64,000 nucleotides of DNA, from contig JBODTK010000012.1 of assembly GCA_050613775.1 (NCBI GenBank), forward strand, positions 1,116,001-1,180,000, read 5' to 3'. A program made the translations under genes and the position numbers. The notes under the pieces were generated by a model. The model was not told the origin of the DNA. It worked only from the letters and a program-made list of their open reading frames with translations, and searched no databases. Of this stretch, positions 1-14,079 are shown in pieces. How positions within the stretch are numbered: position 1 is the stretch's first letter; each line of letters starts with the position of its first letter. Origin of the DNA: Neocallimastix sp. 'constans' (Eukaryota).

Positions 1-4
1 AATA

Positions 5-40
<36 letters not shown>

Positions 41-671
41 AAATCGCTTATAATTAGATAGAAATTTAAAATTATAATTCTATTTATAATAATAATAAAT
101 ATTTTATCAATGTTTATCTATTTTATTTTAATACTAATTTTATGGCATATTCAAATTTTTTTTTTTTTTAAAAAAAAAAAAAAAATAAATTTAATAATTA
201 AAAAAGCTTAATTTCAATCTTGATATTATTTTTTTTTTAAGAAAAAAATATATATATATATATAATATATATCAAATTATTCAATTTAATAATTTCATCT
301 ATTATATATGTATTGATTTTATTGTATAGAACATCTCTTTTTTTTTTTTTTTATTAATATTTATTATAATTTCTTATTTACATAAAGTTTATTTAAATGT
401 TAGATTTATAAGAAAAAAAAAAAAAAAGAATCATTGAAATGTAACAATAATTTTTTTTCTGTAATTTCATGTAACAGTTGATATACATTAAAATAAAAAA
501 GTATAATGTAATAAAAATAATAATATTTTACTGCAAATTATTAAAAATAATATAAAAGTATAAATTAATAATATAAAGTATAAAATAAAATTAAATCTGT
601 AACAAAAAATAAAGTATATAATAATAATAATAAAAAAAAAAAAAAAAAAAAAAGCATATAACTAAATAAAG

Positions 672-725
<54 letters not shown>

Positions 726-2787
726 ATAGAATAAAATACATTATAAAAATAATAATGAAATAAAGTATATTATTCTAATTATTATTATTATTATTTTTAA
801 ATAATGTTTAATAATATTTATAAAATAGTATAGAAAAAAATAAAATAAAACAAAAGCATTCATAATAAATGCTATCCTATATAGAATGTATGGAATAATG
901 ATGATGATGAAGTATGGAAGGAAGTGTTTTAATGAAAAAAACTCCTCAAATAATTTATATAAAATTTAATTTAAAAATAAAAAGAAATAAATAAAACTAT
1001 TTATATATAAATATAAAAAAAAAATTTTTAATAGTCATTAATAAAATAAAATAAAAAATATATATATCTATATTTAGATATTTTGACAATTAGGGTCTAT
1101 TGTATTTTATTTCATTTTTCCTTTTTTTTTCTTTTTTTTTTTTTAATTTTAATTTTATTTTTTTTTTTTTATTATTATTTTAATATAATATAAAAAAAAA
1201 TTAAAATATTTCTTTTTCTATATTTAATTAAAAATAATAATAAGTGAATGAATAAATGAATATTAAATAAATAAATATACAAATTAATTTAAACTTAATT
1301 GATTATCGTCTTAAGTATACCTTGAATTATCTTTACTATTATTGTTGTTAATTGTAAATATAATATTTTTATTATTATTATTATAAATACAATTTATTAT
1401 TATTATTATTTGTCATGATTATTAAAATGTTTTAAAATGTATGTTAATCTACTTTTTTTTAAAAAAAAAAAATTAAATGTTTATTTATATTATATATATT
1501 ATCTTTATTTATGTATTATAAAAAAATATATAATAAATAATATATATATTATTTATTTATTTTATCTATTTAAATAGTTTTATTTTATATTTTAAAAATA
1601 CTATAAATATTAAAAGAGCTTTATTATTTTTAATAGAAATGTATTAAATTTTTAGGGGATAAAATAAATAAATAAATAAATAAATAAAAATACGAATAAT
1701 AAATTAAATTAAAAAAAAAAAAAAATTTTAGTTTAATTATCTAATTAATAGAAATGTATCATCCATCAATTCAATTAAGAGATTTCTTTAATTTATCTCT
1801 CTAGTTTTATTTATTTATTTATTTATTATTGTTAATATTTATTTATTTACTTTTTTATATTATTACAAGTTATTATTTATTTATTTATTTATTTATATCA
1901 TTACAGTTATTTATTTATTTATTTACTTTTTTATTTATATTTTTATTAAAAAAATTAAAAGATAAATAGATAAAAGATATTTATAAAATAAATATATATC
2001 TATAATTTTATTATTTTATATATATTTATTTTTATTTTATTATTTCAAAAATAAAAAAAAAAAAAAAAAAAAAAAAAAACTTTTTTTATATATATTTTCT
2101 TTATAGCATTTATTAAATGATAATAATAATAATAATAATAATAATAAGATAAAATAAAATAATTAAAAAAAGCAACAAAAAAAAAAAAAAAATAAAATAA
2201 ATGTAATATCTCAACGAAATATATATAAATATATATATTTTCTTTTTTTAACTCTTCTCCTCACTAATAAATAAAGTTTATTTTTTATTTTTTATTCTTG
2301 TTTTTTAAAGGAACCTTCACATCATAATGATAAAGAAATAGATAAAATTAGTAAAATAAAAATAAAGAGCAAAACATAAAATTGGGAAAAAAAAATATAA
2401 TTTATATTTAGCTTTTTTTTTTTTTCATTGAGATAATTTTTTTTTTTTTTTGATTTGATTTGGTTTAATTTATTTGTTTGTTTGTTTTTATTCGTTTTTT
2501 TTTTTTTTTTTTATTCTATGAGTAAAATTCCTATAAATCACCACATAAAAATAAATATAAAAACTTTTCATCACTTTTTTTTTTTTTTTTTCACTTTCGA
2601 TTGACTTTATATATATATATAATTTAAATACATTATATTTTATATATATATATATACTTATTTTTTTTTTTTTTTATAAAAAATGATGTAATTAAATATA
2701 TACAATAAATAATAAATAAAGGTTAAAAGTTTGAATTTATTAATTATTTTTTTTTCATTTATATTTATTTATTCTTTAACAACTTTT

Positions 2788-2846
<59 letters not shown>

Positions 2847-4704
2847 TGATATATCAACTTTAACCCTAATTTTTTCAAGTAAAAAAAAAAATTTTTTTTT
2901 AAATGAAAAATGTAATTATTAAATAGGTGGTTTATATTTATTTAATTACTAATTATTATTTTTTTCATTATTACTATTATTACTTATTATTATTTATTTA
3001 TTATTATTATTTTCATTATTATTATTATTACTTATTATTTATTCATTATAATTGATTATTATTATTATTGATTATTATTGATTATTATTGATTATTGATT
3101 ATTATATGGATTTAATTCAAAAAAATTTTTAATTATTTTTAATTTAAAACGATGGATAATGTTATGCATTTGGGTAAAAGCAATCTTATAATTAAATGAA
3201 TAAATGAATTAATAAATAGATAAATAAATACATAAAATAAATACATAAATACATAAATAAAAATATATATAAGTGAATAAATAAATAAATAAAATATATT
3301 TTTATTTTTAAACTAAATTTAAATTTAAATTAAAATTAAAGTTTTAAAGTCATCAATGAACTAGTTTATTGATATAGAAAATAATTAAGTGGAAAAGGTA
3401 TTTTGTTATGGATATAACATAGGAATAATAATATAGATAGCTATATCAATATATCAATAGCTATCTATAGAAATATTATACATTTATAGATCGATCTAAG
3501 GGAAATACGTAAATAGAGACATATCACTTTTTATCAACTTTCACACATAAATATATATATTAACATATTCATGAACATATTCACATATAAATAATTCCTA
3601 TAGAGAAATACATCGATATACATTCACATGTAAATATAAATCTATATATAGATATATCATTATCATTACGTATAAAGAAATCTTCAAAATGATATAATAT
3701 ATAAATCCCTACATGCTATATATATTATATATATATTAAAATATTTATTTTAGCATTAATATTTCTTTGATACAGTATATAGAACTTTTCTGTTTTTTTA
3801 AAGGTAATTCATTTCATTATATTATCATTATTTAAATATTATAATAATAATAATAATAAATAATAAATAATAAATAATAAATAAATAATAAATAAATAAT
3901 AAATAATAAATAATAAATAATAATAAATAATTATGTTTATAATAATTATGATAATAATAATAATAATTATAATTAATTAATTAATTAATTAATTAATTAG
4001 TGTTACATTTAATTTTTTTTTACAGCATTATTTTCATTTTTTTTTTTTTCATTTATGTATTACGTATGGAATTCTTTTACATATATATATAAATACATTG
4101 TACATATTTAATGATTATCATATCTTGTATATTTAATTTTCATATAAATACTCTTGTATCATGTATTTTATTTATTCATTTATTTTTATATATCTTATAT
4201 TTCATTTAACATTTATTTATTATTATGAATAATATTTATTTATTTATTTATTTTTAAATTAATATATATAACTGCATCTTATGATTAATTTCTTTTTTTT
4301 TTATTTCTCTGTAGTCAAGGTTTCCTTGTAGAGAGTCAAATTCTTGTGTGTGGTATTAATTGTAGATAAATAAATAAATATAACAAATAAATCAATATAT
4401 AATAAAATATGTAATAGATATAAATAAATAAATATTAATATAATAATTATATAATATTAATATAATTATATAAATAAATAATATATTAAATATATATTAT
4501 ATAAATTAAATATATTAAATGCAATAATGAAATCTATAAAATGAATATTTTCCAATTAAATACAAATAAAAAAAATTTTTTTATTTAAACTTTTTTTAAT
4601 TTAAATTTTTAATTAAAGCAATGTAGGATACTTTATAAAGTTTTTTTTTTTTTTTTTTTGCTTCCACTAGGGTGGCATGGTTTTTTTTAAATTTCATTTA
4701 TTTT

Positions 4705-4735
<31 letters not shown>

Positions 4736-4780
4736 TGGAATGAAGATTAGAATGGAATAAAGAGTTCAGAATAAAATAAA

Positions 4781-5192
4781 TGATAGCACAAAATAGACTG
4801 AAGAGATTAGAATATAATAATGATAGCACAAAATAGACTGAAGAGATTAGAATATAATAATGATAGCACAAAATAGACTGAAGAGATTAGAATATAATAA
4901 TGATAGCACAAAATAGACTGAAGAAATTAGAATATAATAATGATAGCACAAAATAGACTGAAGAAATTAGAATATAATAATGATAGCACAAAATAGACTG
5001 AAGAGATTAGAATATAATAATGATAGCACAAAATAGACTGAAGAGATTAGAATATAATAATGATAGCACAAAATAGACTGAAGAGATTAGAATATAATAA
5101 TGATAGCACAAAATAGACTGAAGAGATTAGAATATAATAATGATAGCACAAAATAGACTGAAGAGATTAGAATATAATAATGATAGCACAAA
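4781..5192. repeat. 40-bp tandem minisatellite, 10 full copies plus a partial copy
   Basis: Unit TGATAGCACAAAATAGACTGAAGAGATTAGAATATAATAA starts every 40 nt from 4781 to 5141, with a partial copy at 5181. The copies at 4901 and 4941 carry AAGAAATTAG instead of AAGAGATTAG. No spacers. Confidence 0.97.
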
Positions 5193-5446
5193 TTTGATTA
5201 TAGGATAATTCATGGTACAAAAAAAAATAAAAAAATTTATAATAGAATAATAAATAATAATAAATAATAATAAATAATTCTGTCATAATTAAATAATAAA
5301 TAAGATAATTCTATCATAGATAATAAATAATAATAGCATAATTAAATAAGAAATAATAATAAATAAGATAATTCTATCATAATTCTATTCACTATTAAAT
5401 AATAATAATAATAAAAATTAATAGTATAAATTAATAATAATTATAG

Positions 5447-5519
5447 TTTTAGGAACAAATTTATATATTCATAACTTTTATATTTATTTAGCTATGAATA
5501 TATAAATTTGTTCCTAAAA
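5447..5519. repeat. Perfect 27-bp inverted repeat with 19-nt spacer (hairpin/cruciform)
   Basis: TTTTAGGAACAAATTTATATATTCATA (5447-5473) is the exact reverse complement of TATGAATATATAAATTTGTTCCTAAAA (5493-5519). Confidence 0.93.
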
Positions 5520-5925
5520 GTTAAAATAAAATTTTATTAATTATTAAAAAAAATTAAAATGAAACAAACAAAAAAAAAATAATAATAATAATAACTATAA
5601 TTTATAAATAAATAAAATAGAAAAAAACAGAAAAAACAGAAAAAAAAAGTCTTTTATTAAAGTCAATGATATAACTATAAAATGAAACTTTATATTATTT
5701 CAACTATTTATTATTTAATTTTATATCAAAAAAATTTTTTTTTTGTTTTAAAAAAATAAATAAAAAGTTTTTATTATTATTATTATTATTATTATTAGTG
5801 TTATTATTATTATTAGTGTTATTAGTGTTATTATTATTATTAGTATTGAGAAAGAATTAACTCTAGTTAGTGATGATGATAACAAAAACTGGTAATCAAT
5901 CCACCATCAATGAATGAATGAAAAC

Positions 5926-6065
5926 TTTAATTAAATAATAAAGCATTAGTAAAAAAAAAAAAAAAAAAGAATTTGTATCCTATGTCATTATAAAAATTTT
6001 AATTAAATAATAAAGCATTAGTAAAAAAAAAAAAAAAAGAATTGTATCCTATGTCATTATAAAAA
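5926..6065. repeat. Tandem duplication of about 72 bp
   Basis: TTTAATTAAATAATAAAGCATTAGT(A)nGAATT(T)GTATCCTATGTCATTATAAAAA occurs twice head to tail. Confidence 0.9.
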
Positions 6066-6244
6066 AAATAATAAAATTAAAATTAAAAATAATAAAATAA
6101 AAAAAAAAAAAAAAAAGAATGAGTAATCCAATTTCACATTTCTTCTTCTTCTTCTTCTTCTTCTTTATTTTTTTTATCGAATATTTGACTAAATAAATAA
6201 ATTTTTTGGTAATCATGACACTAATTTTTATTATTTTATAGATA

Positions 6245-6279
<35 letters not shown>

Positions 6280-7604
6280 ACAGAACATAGCATGAATTAA
6301 TGGGGTATGGATAATAAATAGAATATAGACTGTGATAGTAATAAAATATATCTATATGAAATATAAAAATTAATAATGGCCTGGCATTCTTGCTATATTT
6401 TTGCCAATCTATTTTTTTTTTTTAAATACTTTATGGAATATTTTGAATATAAAATATATAATATATATAATATAATATATATCTATTTATATACAATAAT
6501 CTAAAAAAAAAAAAAAATAACACTTTAACAAAGTAAAAAGATAGAATAATAATAAATAATAAATAATAAATAATTAATAATAATAATAATAAATAATAAA
6601 ATAAATAAATAAATAAATATTAATTAAATAAATAATTATTAAATAATTAAATAAAAATTTTAATTAAATCATATAAAGAATAATTAAATTTTCTGTTTTT
6701 TTTTTTTTTTTAATTTAATATTTTCTGTTTTTTCTTTTTCTCTATTTTCCAATTTATATCAAAAAAATTTTTTTTAATTATCTATAAATAATTAAATACA
6801 AACACTTTTCAAGACTTTTTTTTTAATAATTAATAATTAAAATTAATAGTTAACAATTAATAATAAATAATAATAATAATAATAATTAATGATTATTAAT
6901 TAATAATAATTATATTTAATATTTAATATTTAATATCTAATATTTTACTTTTTTTTCTCTTCGCTTTTGTTTATTTATTTAGTTACTTTTTTTTTTTTTA
7001 TTTACTCTATCTTTCCCTTCTCTTTACTTGCCATTTATTTATTTATTTATTTATTATGTATTCATTCATTCATATTTCTACTCTATTTAATTTTTTTATT
7101 ATTAGTATTAATGAATTCTTTGTTAATATAATTCATAATTGCTTGGCTTAAAACAAACCTTTTCTCTCTCTCTTTTTTTTTTTTTTTTTTTAATTTTTCT
7201 ATTCATTCTTAAACAAACCTAAAAAAAATAAAAAAAAAATGAAGATTCTGATGTAAATTTCTGTTTTACTATTAAATAAAATTTAAAAAAATTATTCAAT
7301 ACAAATAATATATAAGAGAATGGATTTGCTATATATGCTGACTCATATAATGAATACATTCATGGACTATAAACTATATAATCTATAATATATTATCTAT
7401 TCAATATATGTTATAATATATTATAATATATTTTATATTCCCTTTTTTTAATTTTTTTTTAATTTTTTTTTTAAATTTTTTTTTATTTTCCATTTTGTCA
7501 TTAAAATTTTGTTCAATGTATTATAAATTATAAATATATTATAAATATATTATGTATATTAATTTATTATGTATATTAATTTATTATTTTTGAAAATTAA
7601 ATAT

Positions 7605-8215
7605 TTATTATTTATTATTTATTATTTATTATTTATTATTCAATTATTTATTATTTATTATTTATTATTTATTATTTATTATTTATTATTTATTATTTAT
7701 TATTTATTATTTATTATTTATTATTTATTATTTATTATTTATTATTTATTATTTATTATTTATTATTTATTTTTTATTATTTATTATTTATTATTTATTA
7801 TACAATATTTTTTTTTATTATTATTAATTCTTTATTATTTAATTCCTTATTATTTATTATTTATTAATTATTATTCAATTATTAATTTATTATTTATTAT
7901 TTATTATTCATTTATTATTTATTATTTATTTATTTATTATTTATTATTTATTATTTATTATTTATTATTTATTATTTATTATTCAATTATTTATTATTTA
8001 TTATTTATTATTTATTAATTATTATTCAATTATTAATTTATTATTTATTATTTATTATTCATTTATTATTTATTATTTATTTATTTATTATTTATTATTT
8101 ATTATTTATTATTCATTATTCATTATTTATTATTTATTATTTATTATCAATTATTTTATTATTTATTATTTATTATTATTCAATTATTTATTATTTATTA
8201 TTTATTTATTATTCA
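7605..8215 (+). repeat. (TTATTTA)n satellite with TTATTCAA variants
   Basis: Direct reading; produces the spurious YYLLFII-repeat ORF. Confidence 0.9.
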
Positions 8216-9559
8216 TTAATATTTAATATAAACATATTTATCATAATAGATTTTCTTTCCTTTTTTTTTTTTTTTTATTTAATTAATACAAACCTTAAAT
8301 TATAGAATTTTTTTAAAAAAATTTTTTTTTTGTTAAGAAATTAAATTAATAATAAAAAAAATTTTTTTTTTTTTTTCCTTTTATTAAAAAAAAAATAATT
8401 AGTAATTAATAATAATTTTTTTTTTTATTTTTTTTGTTACATTTTTTTTTTTTTTTTAATAAAGAAAATTTTCAAATCATTTTCATTTTATTTTATTTTT
8501 ATTATTTTTCCTTTAATATTTTTTTTTTTTATTTCTCTATATTATTATTTTTTATTTTAAACATTTTTAAAAAAATAAAGTATCTTTATTTTAGTTGAAG
8601 GGAAAGAAAAGAAAATGGTTAATTCATAATATCTTGGTAAATAAATAAAAAAATAAAGATGAGTTGAACTGTTAGTAAAAGTAAAGTTTAAAAAAAAAAA
8701 AAAAAGAAAAAAAGAGAAAAAGAAAAAGAGTAAAAGTTTAATAAAGTTTATAGTTAAGAAAAAAAAATAAAAGTAATAGTAATAGTAAAAAAGCCGAACA
8801 ATAAAATAAGAAGAATAGAAAATATATATAATGAATAAATAAATAAATAAATAAAAAGTGTAACAAATGGATAAAAGAAAAATAATAAAGTGAAGAACTT
8901 TTTAAGGAAGAAAAAAAGAAGGAAAAAGAAAAGAAAAAAAAAAAAAAAAAGTATAATAAGGAATTTTTAGGAATAGAAATAAGAAAGAAGGAAAGAAAGA
9001 AAAAGTATATAGAAAATATTTTTAACTGTTAAAAAAAAAAAAGAGCAAAAAAACTTTTTTTTTTTTTGTCATTTTTATTTTTATTTTACTATTACTGTTA
9101 CTTTTTTTTTTTTTATCTCTCTTTTAAACTTATTTGGAAACTGGTTTGAAAAAAAGTATTTCATTTTTACTAAATAAAAAAAAAAAAAAAAAAAAAAAAA
9201 GATATAAAGGAAAAAAGAAAGAAAAAAAAAATTAAACTCTTCTTTATTACGATAACTACTACTAACTACTATTTAGTACTACTATTTACTACTACAACTA
9301 ATGCTACTTACTACTTGCTTACTACTAACTACTTAACTCTTTGAAAGGACAAAAAAAAAAAAAAGGAAAATGGGGTGTTGAATGGAGTTTTTTTTTTTTT
9401 TGAAAAGAAAGACGAATAGAAGAAGAGAAAGAAGAAGAAGAAAAAGAAAAAGGGGAAGACGGCTAACTCTTTTAAATTTTTATAGGTTACGAATGGAAGT
9501 TTAAAAACTTTGAAAATAAAATAAAATAAAATAAAATAAAAAAATGAAAAATGAATGGA

Positions 9560-9625
9560 AAGGAAAGGAAAGAAGGAAAAGAAGGAAAAGAAGGAAAAGA
9601 AGGAAAAGAAGGAAAAGAAGGAAAG
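9560..9625 (+). repeat. (GAAGGAAAA)n polypurine microsatellite
   Basis: 9-mer repeated about 5-6 times within a purine-rich tract. Confidence 0.85.
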
Positions 9626-12448
9626 AAATATAAAGAAAGAAAGAAAGAAAGAGGGATTAAAATTCTATCATCCTTCACCACCAAGAAAAAAGAATTGTTG
9701 AATCAAGTATTAAAAGCCAAAAAGAAGAAAAATGATCATATTAAAAAAAAAAAAAGAAGAGATTAAGAAGAAAGAAAGAGAAAGAGAGAAAGAAAGATAA
9801 AGTTTATATTATATATATATTTACCTATGAAAAAAAAAATTAAAAAAAAAAAATTAGATATATATATGTATATCTATAAACATTTTTTTATCTATGTATT
9901 TTTAATGAAGGAATATAGATATATATAGGAATAGATGTATTATGTATAATAGATAATATTATATACATATTATTAGGATTTATTGATATATTTACAAGTA
10001 TATAAATATATGTAATATGTATGTATATGTATGTATATATGTATGTATTTTTTATTTTTTATTTTTTTTTTTTTTTTTTTGATTTGTTTTTTGTTATTAC
10101 TTGTGATGCATTTTTTAAATTATTTTTTTTTTTTTTAAGGCTTAGAAAAAAAAAAATAAAAAAAAATTTTTTTTTTTTTAATTTTTTTTTTTTTTTTCAT
10201 TATGTAGTTTTAAAATCATCATCCTTTTAGAAGGATTAAAAAGATGATTAAAAAGAGATAAAAAAAAAAAAAGAGATAAAAAAAGAGAGATTATAATAAT
10301 TTTTTTTATTATCAAAGTTCATTATAGTATATATATTTTTATTTATTATTTATTTATTAAATTTAATTTTTTTTATTATTTTTTTTTTTTTCAAAGGCAA
10401 AAAATTTAAAGAGTAAAAAAGAGTTTTTTTTTTTTTTTGAGTAGTAAATAAAAGGAAAAAAAGGGAGGGGGGATATGGAGAAAAAAAATGGATAAATCCA
10501 TAGATAAATAATACCTTTTTTTTTTCATCTCTATTACCCCCCAAAAAATAGAGAAAAAAAAAAAAAAAGTTTGGCAAATAGAATAAAAAATGGTTTAAAA
10601 AAAAATTGGTTTAAAATTTTGTAAATTTTTTTATAGACACAACAAAATCGACAACAAAAAAATAAACATGAATAATAATTTATTTATATTTATTATTTTT
10701 ATTTATTTGTTATTTTTTTTTTTTTTTTATATTTTAGAAAAAGACTTTTACATTTTATTATTGAGTATTTTAAATCATTATTGATTATTTTTTTTTTTTT
10801 TTAATATCTATTTTTATTTTATTATTGATTATGGATTATTGTTTATTTATTATTTTTTTTTTTTAATTACAAATTTTATTTTTTTAAAAGGTATTATTTT
10901 TTTCTTTCCTTTTTTTTTTTAAAAAAGAGGGTAGATCTACGTGAACAACAGATAGATTTTTTTTTTTTTTGATTTTTGTTTTTTTAATTTTGAAGGTTTT
11001 TTTTTTTCTTTGCTTTTTTTTTTTTTTTTTAATTTATAATCTATATTTATTTATTTATTTATTTTAAATTTTCTTTACTTTTTTGTTTTAAATAAAATAT
11101 GTAATAAAAAAAATTTATTTATTTTTATTTTTTTATATTATATTATATTATAATTATTAATATTTTTATTATTATTATTAATTATTATTAAAAATAAAAA
11201 ATAGATAATATTAATATAAATAAAAAAAAACGTTTTATTATAGAATATATATATATATAATATTTACTTTTTAAATTTTTTTTTTCAAAAAAAATTATAT
11301 ATAAAAAATAAAAGATAAAAAAATTAATTTAAATTGAAATTAAACTATGTTTTTCATTTTTCCTATTTTTTTTCTTATAATATTATCTTTTTCTTTTTTT
11401 ATTTTTTTTTTCTTTCTTAGATTTTAATAAATATTAAAAATTTTTTGACAAAGTTTTTTTACTATTTCTTTTTTTACTTTTTCTTTCTTTCTTTTTTTTT
11501 TTGTTTGCTGAGTTAATTATGAAGAAGGTACTGATGTTTTTATTTTCTTTACTCTTTTTTATAAATACTTTATATATTCGATATTTAAATAGTGGTTTGT
11601 TTAAATATATTATATATAATCTTTTTTATGTTTATTTTAAATTTTCAATTTCTTAAATTATAAAAATAATAAATAATTGAAAAAAAAAAATATAGAAAAA
11701 TTATGGCTTATTTACTTTAAAAAAAAAGGAATAACTTAAAAAAATAAATATATTTAAATTTACTTTTTTTTTTAATATTATTCCCTTTTTTTTTTGATGT
11801 TTTTTAATTGTTTATATTATATATAATGAATTAGGTTTAATTTCTCTTCTCTATTTTTTTTACTTATTTAATAAAATATAAATAAATAAATAAAACTCAA
11901 AGAAAAACTAGGTATATTTTATATATAATTGTTGAATTTCATTTTAAATAATTTTTTCTTTATTTTTTCTTCTTTTTTTTTTCTTTCAATAATAAAAATA
12001 GTTTATATAATATGAATATTTAATAATAGATAAAAGTTATTGATGTGGTGTTCTTTTTTCTTGGCTTTTTTAAATTTCTTTTTTCCCTTTTCAATCGACT
12101 TTCAATTATTTTTATTTTCCCCTTCAAAAAAATATAAAAAGAAAAACTAAAATTTAATAAAATTTTTTCTTTTTATAATTTTTCCATTGAATTTTTTTTT
12201 TGTTAATTGTTTTTATAAAAAAAAAAAGTTTTAAAAATTACAAGAAAAAAAAGCCTCTATTAATTTATATATAATTAATATAATGAAAATATTAAAAAAA
12301 GACTCTATGATTTTGTATTAAATAAAATTAATAAACTTATGATTTATTTAGATGTGTGTACAAGATTAATAATTAAAAATTCTTTTTTTGGTAATTATTA
12401 CTTTTTGTGAAATGTTTTTTCTTTTAAAATTATTTCCACATATCCCAT

Positions 12449-14079
12449 TTAAGCTTTAATACCATCATGATGATTCTTATACTTTATTAATAAATCTTTT
12501 ACAAATTCAGAGGTATTTTCATATCCATCTGGATTATGTGATTGCCAATTCCAAGCATCGGCACACATTTCACTAATAGTAAACTTTGTACACCATTTTA
12601 ATTCCCTGTTGGCCTTAGCTGGGCATGCAATAACTTGAGCAGCATCACCCTTACGACGGTCGACAATCTTATATGGAACAATCTTACCAGAGGCCTTATT
12701 CATACTTTCAACAACTTCTAAAACAGAATAACCTGTACCAGTACCCATATTGTAGATAAGAACACGTTCATCAATTGGGGCCTTAGCGCCAGTATGAATT
12801 TCGTCATTTTCTCTTAATTTTTCAAGAGCAGCTAAGTGACCTTCAGCAAGATCAACAACATGAATATAATCTCTAACACCAGTACCATCACGAGTTGGAT
12901 AATCATTACCATAGACACTTAAAATTTCACGCTTACCAACCAAGGTTTGAGTAATGTATGGTAAAAGGTTATTTGGAATATCTTTTGGATTTTCACCAAT
13001 TAAACCAGTGACATCAGCACCAATTGGATTAAAGTATCTAAGAAGACAAGCTTGACCATCTTCGTATTCCTTGAAAGCTTCAGTAATAACTTGTTCAGCC
13101 TTTAATTTTGATTCACCATATGGATTAATTGGACCAAGTTCAGCTTCTTCAGTAAGAGGATCCATAGTTTTTGGATTACCGTAAAGAGTAGCAGAGGAAG
13201 AGAAAACAATATTATGAACATTGTGTTCCATCATACATTCAACAAGAACACGTGTACCTTCAACATTGTTATGCATATAACGTTCTGGATATTGAACAGA
13301 TTCATAAACAGACTTTAAACCTGCAAAGTGAATAACAGCCCAAAAGTCATAGGTATCAAAAACTTTGGTTAATTCTTCCTTATCAAGGACATCACATAAA
13401 TAAAATGGAACCTTCTTACCAGATATAATTTCTACTCTTTTTAAAGATTCTTCAACAGAGTTACATAAGTTATCAACAACAACAACATCATGTCCCTTCT
13501 TAAGAAGTTGTAAAACGGTATGGGAACCAATATAACCAGCACCACCAGTAACTAAAATATGTTTTCCTGGGACTGGGTGAGAAACATAGCTAGAAGTCTT
13601 TCTTTTACTAACACTTTGAATACCAAATATTCTAGAAAGATAATTAGCAAGATCTATTTTATTTATAATCACAATAATTTAAAACATAATAAAAAATAAA
13701 AGTAATACATATTAATACAAAATCTTTATTAAATTTATATTATATATATATATTATTTTATATTAAACTTTTTGGATTATTCAAAATAAAAAGTTCTTTT
13801 TTAAATACAATTTCATTCATTTATTTTTTCAATCAATATATATTTAACATAATCTTTCATTATACATTTTTAAAATGATTTAAAATAAATCATTATATTA
13901 TGTTAACAGTTTTAATTATTTTATTATTTTATTTTTTTTATTTTTATTTATTTCTAAAGTTTAACAAAATTGAATTTATTTACAAAAAAAAACTTTACTA
14001 TTTTATTTATCCTAATCCAATAGTTTTTTATATTTATTTTTAGTATAATAATTATTTTTACTTTACCTTTGAAATTCAT
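12449..14079 (-). CDS. galE: UDP-glucose 4-epimerase (GalE-type extended SDR). Predicted exons 14079-14067 and 13653-12449, 405 aa, beginning MNFKDLANYLSRIFG
   Basis: Motifs ILVTGGAGYIGSH (NAD binding), HFAGLK, FSSSAT, catalytic YGESK (YxxxK), LRYFNP, PNNLLPY, DGTGVRDYIHV and RRKGD. The ORF-track start is GTG. An upstream AAAA-ATG AAT TTC AAA G|GTAAAG donor joins in phase to the AAAATAG|AT acceptor, recreating codon GAT. No Gal10-type mutarotase fusion. Confidence 0.95.
13654..14066 (-). other. Predicted 413-nt phase-1 GT-AG spliceosomal intron of galE
   Basis: Minus strand begins GTAAAGT at 14066 and ends AAAATAG at 13654. It is very AT-rich and restores the frame with an ATG in A-rich context. 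Confidence 0.75.

Noticed and set aside
2860..2869. Telomeric repeat TAACCCTAA (also AAACCCTAA at about 28852)
   Set aside because: Single copies, not an array; cannot be called telomeric sequence.
4781..5192. CRISPR array interpretation of the 40-bp repeat
   Set aside because: Units are contiguous and identical, with no unique spacers and no cas genes, in a eukaryotic context.
10207..10254. Imperfect hairpin AATCATC-ATCCTT...AAGGAT-GATGATT
   Set aside because: Short AT-rich stems of this size are expected by chance in this composition.
13654..13672. ORF-track GTG start MIINKID for galE
   Set aside because: Non-ATG start lying inside the predicted intron; a phase-compatible ATG micro-exon exists upstream.
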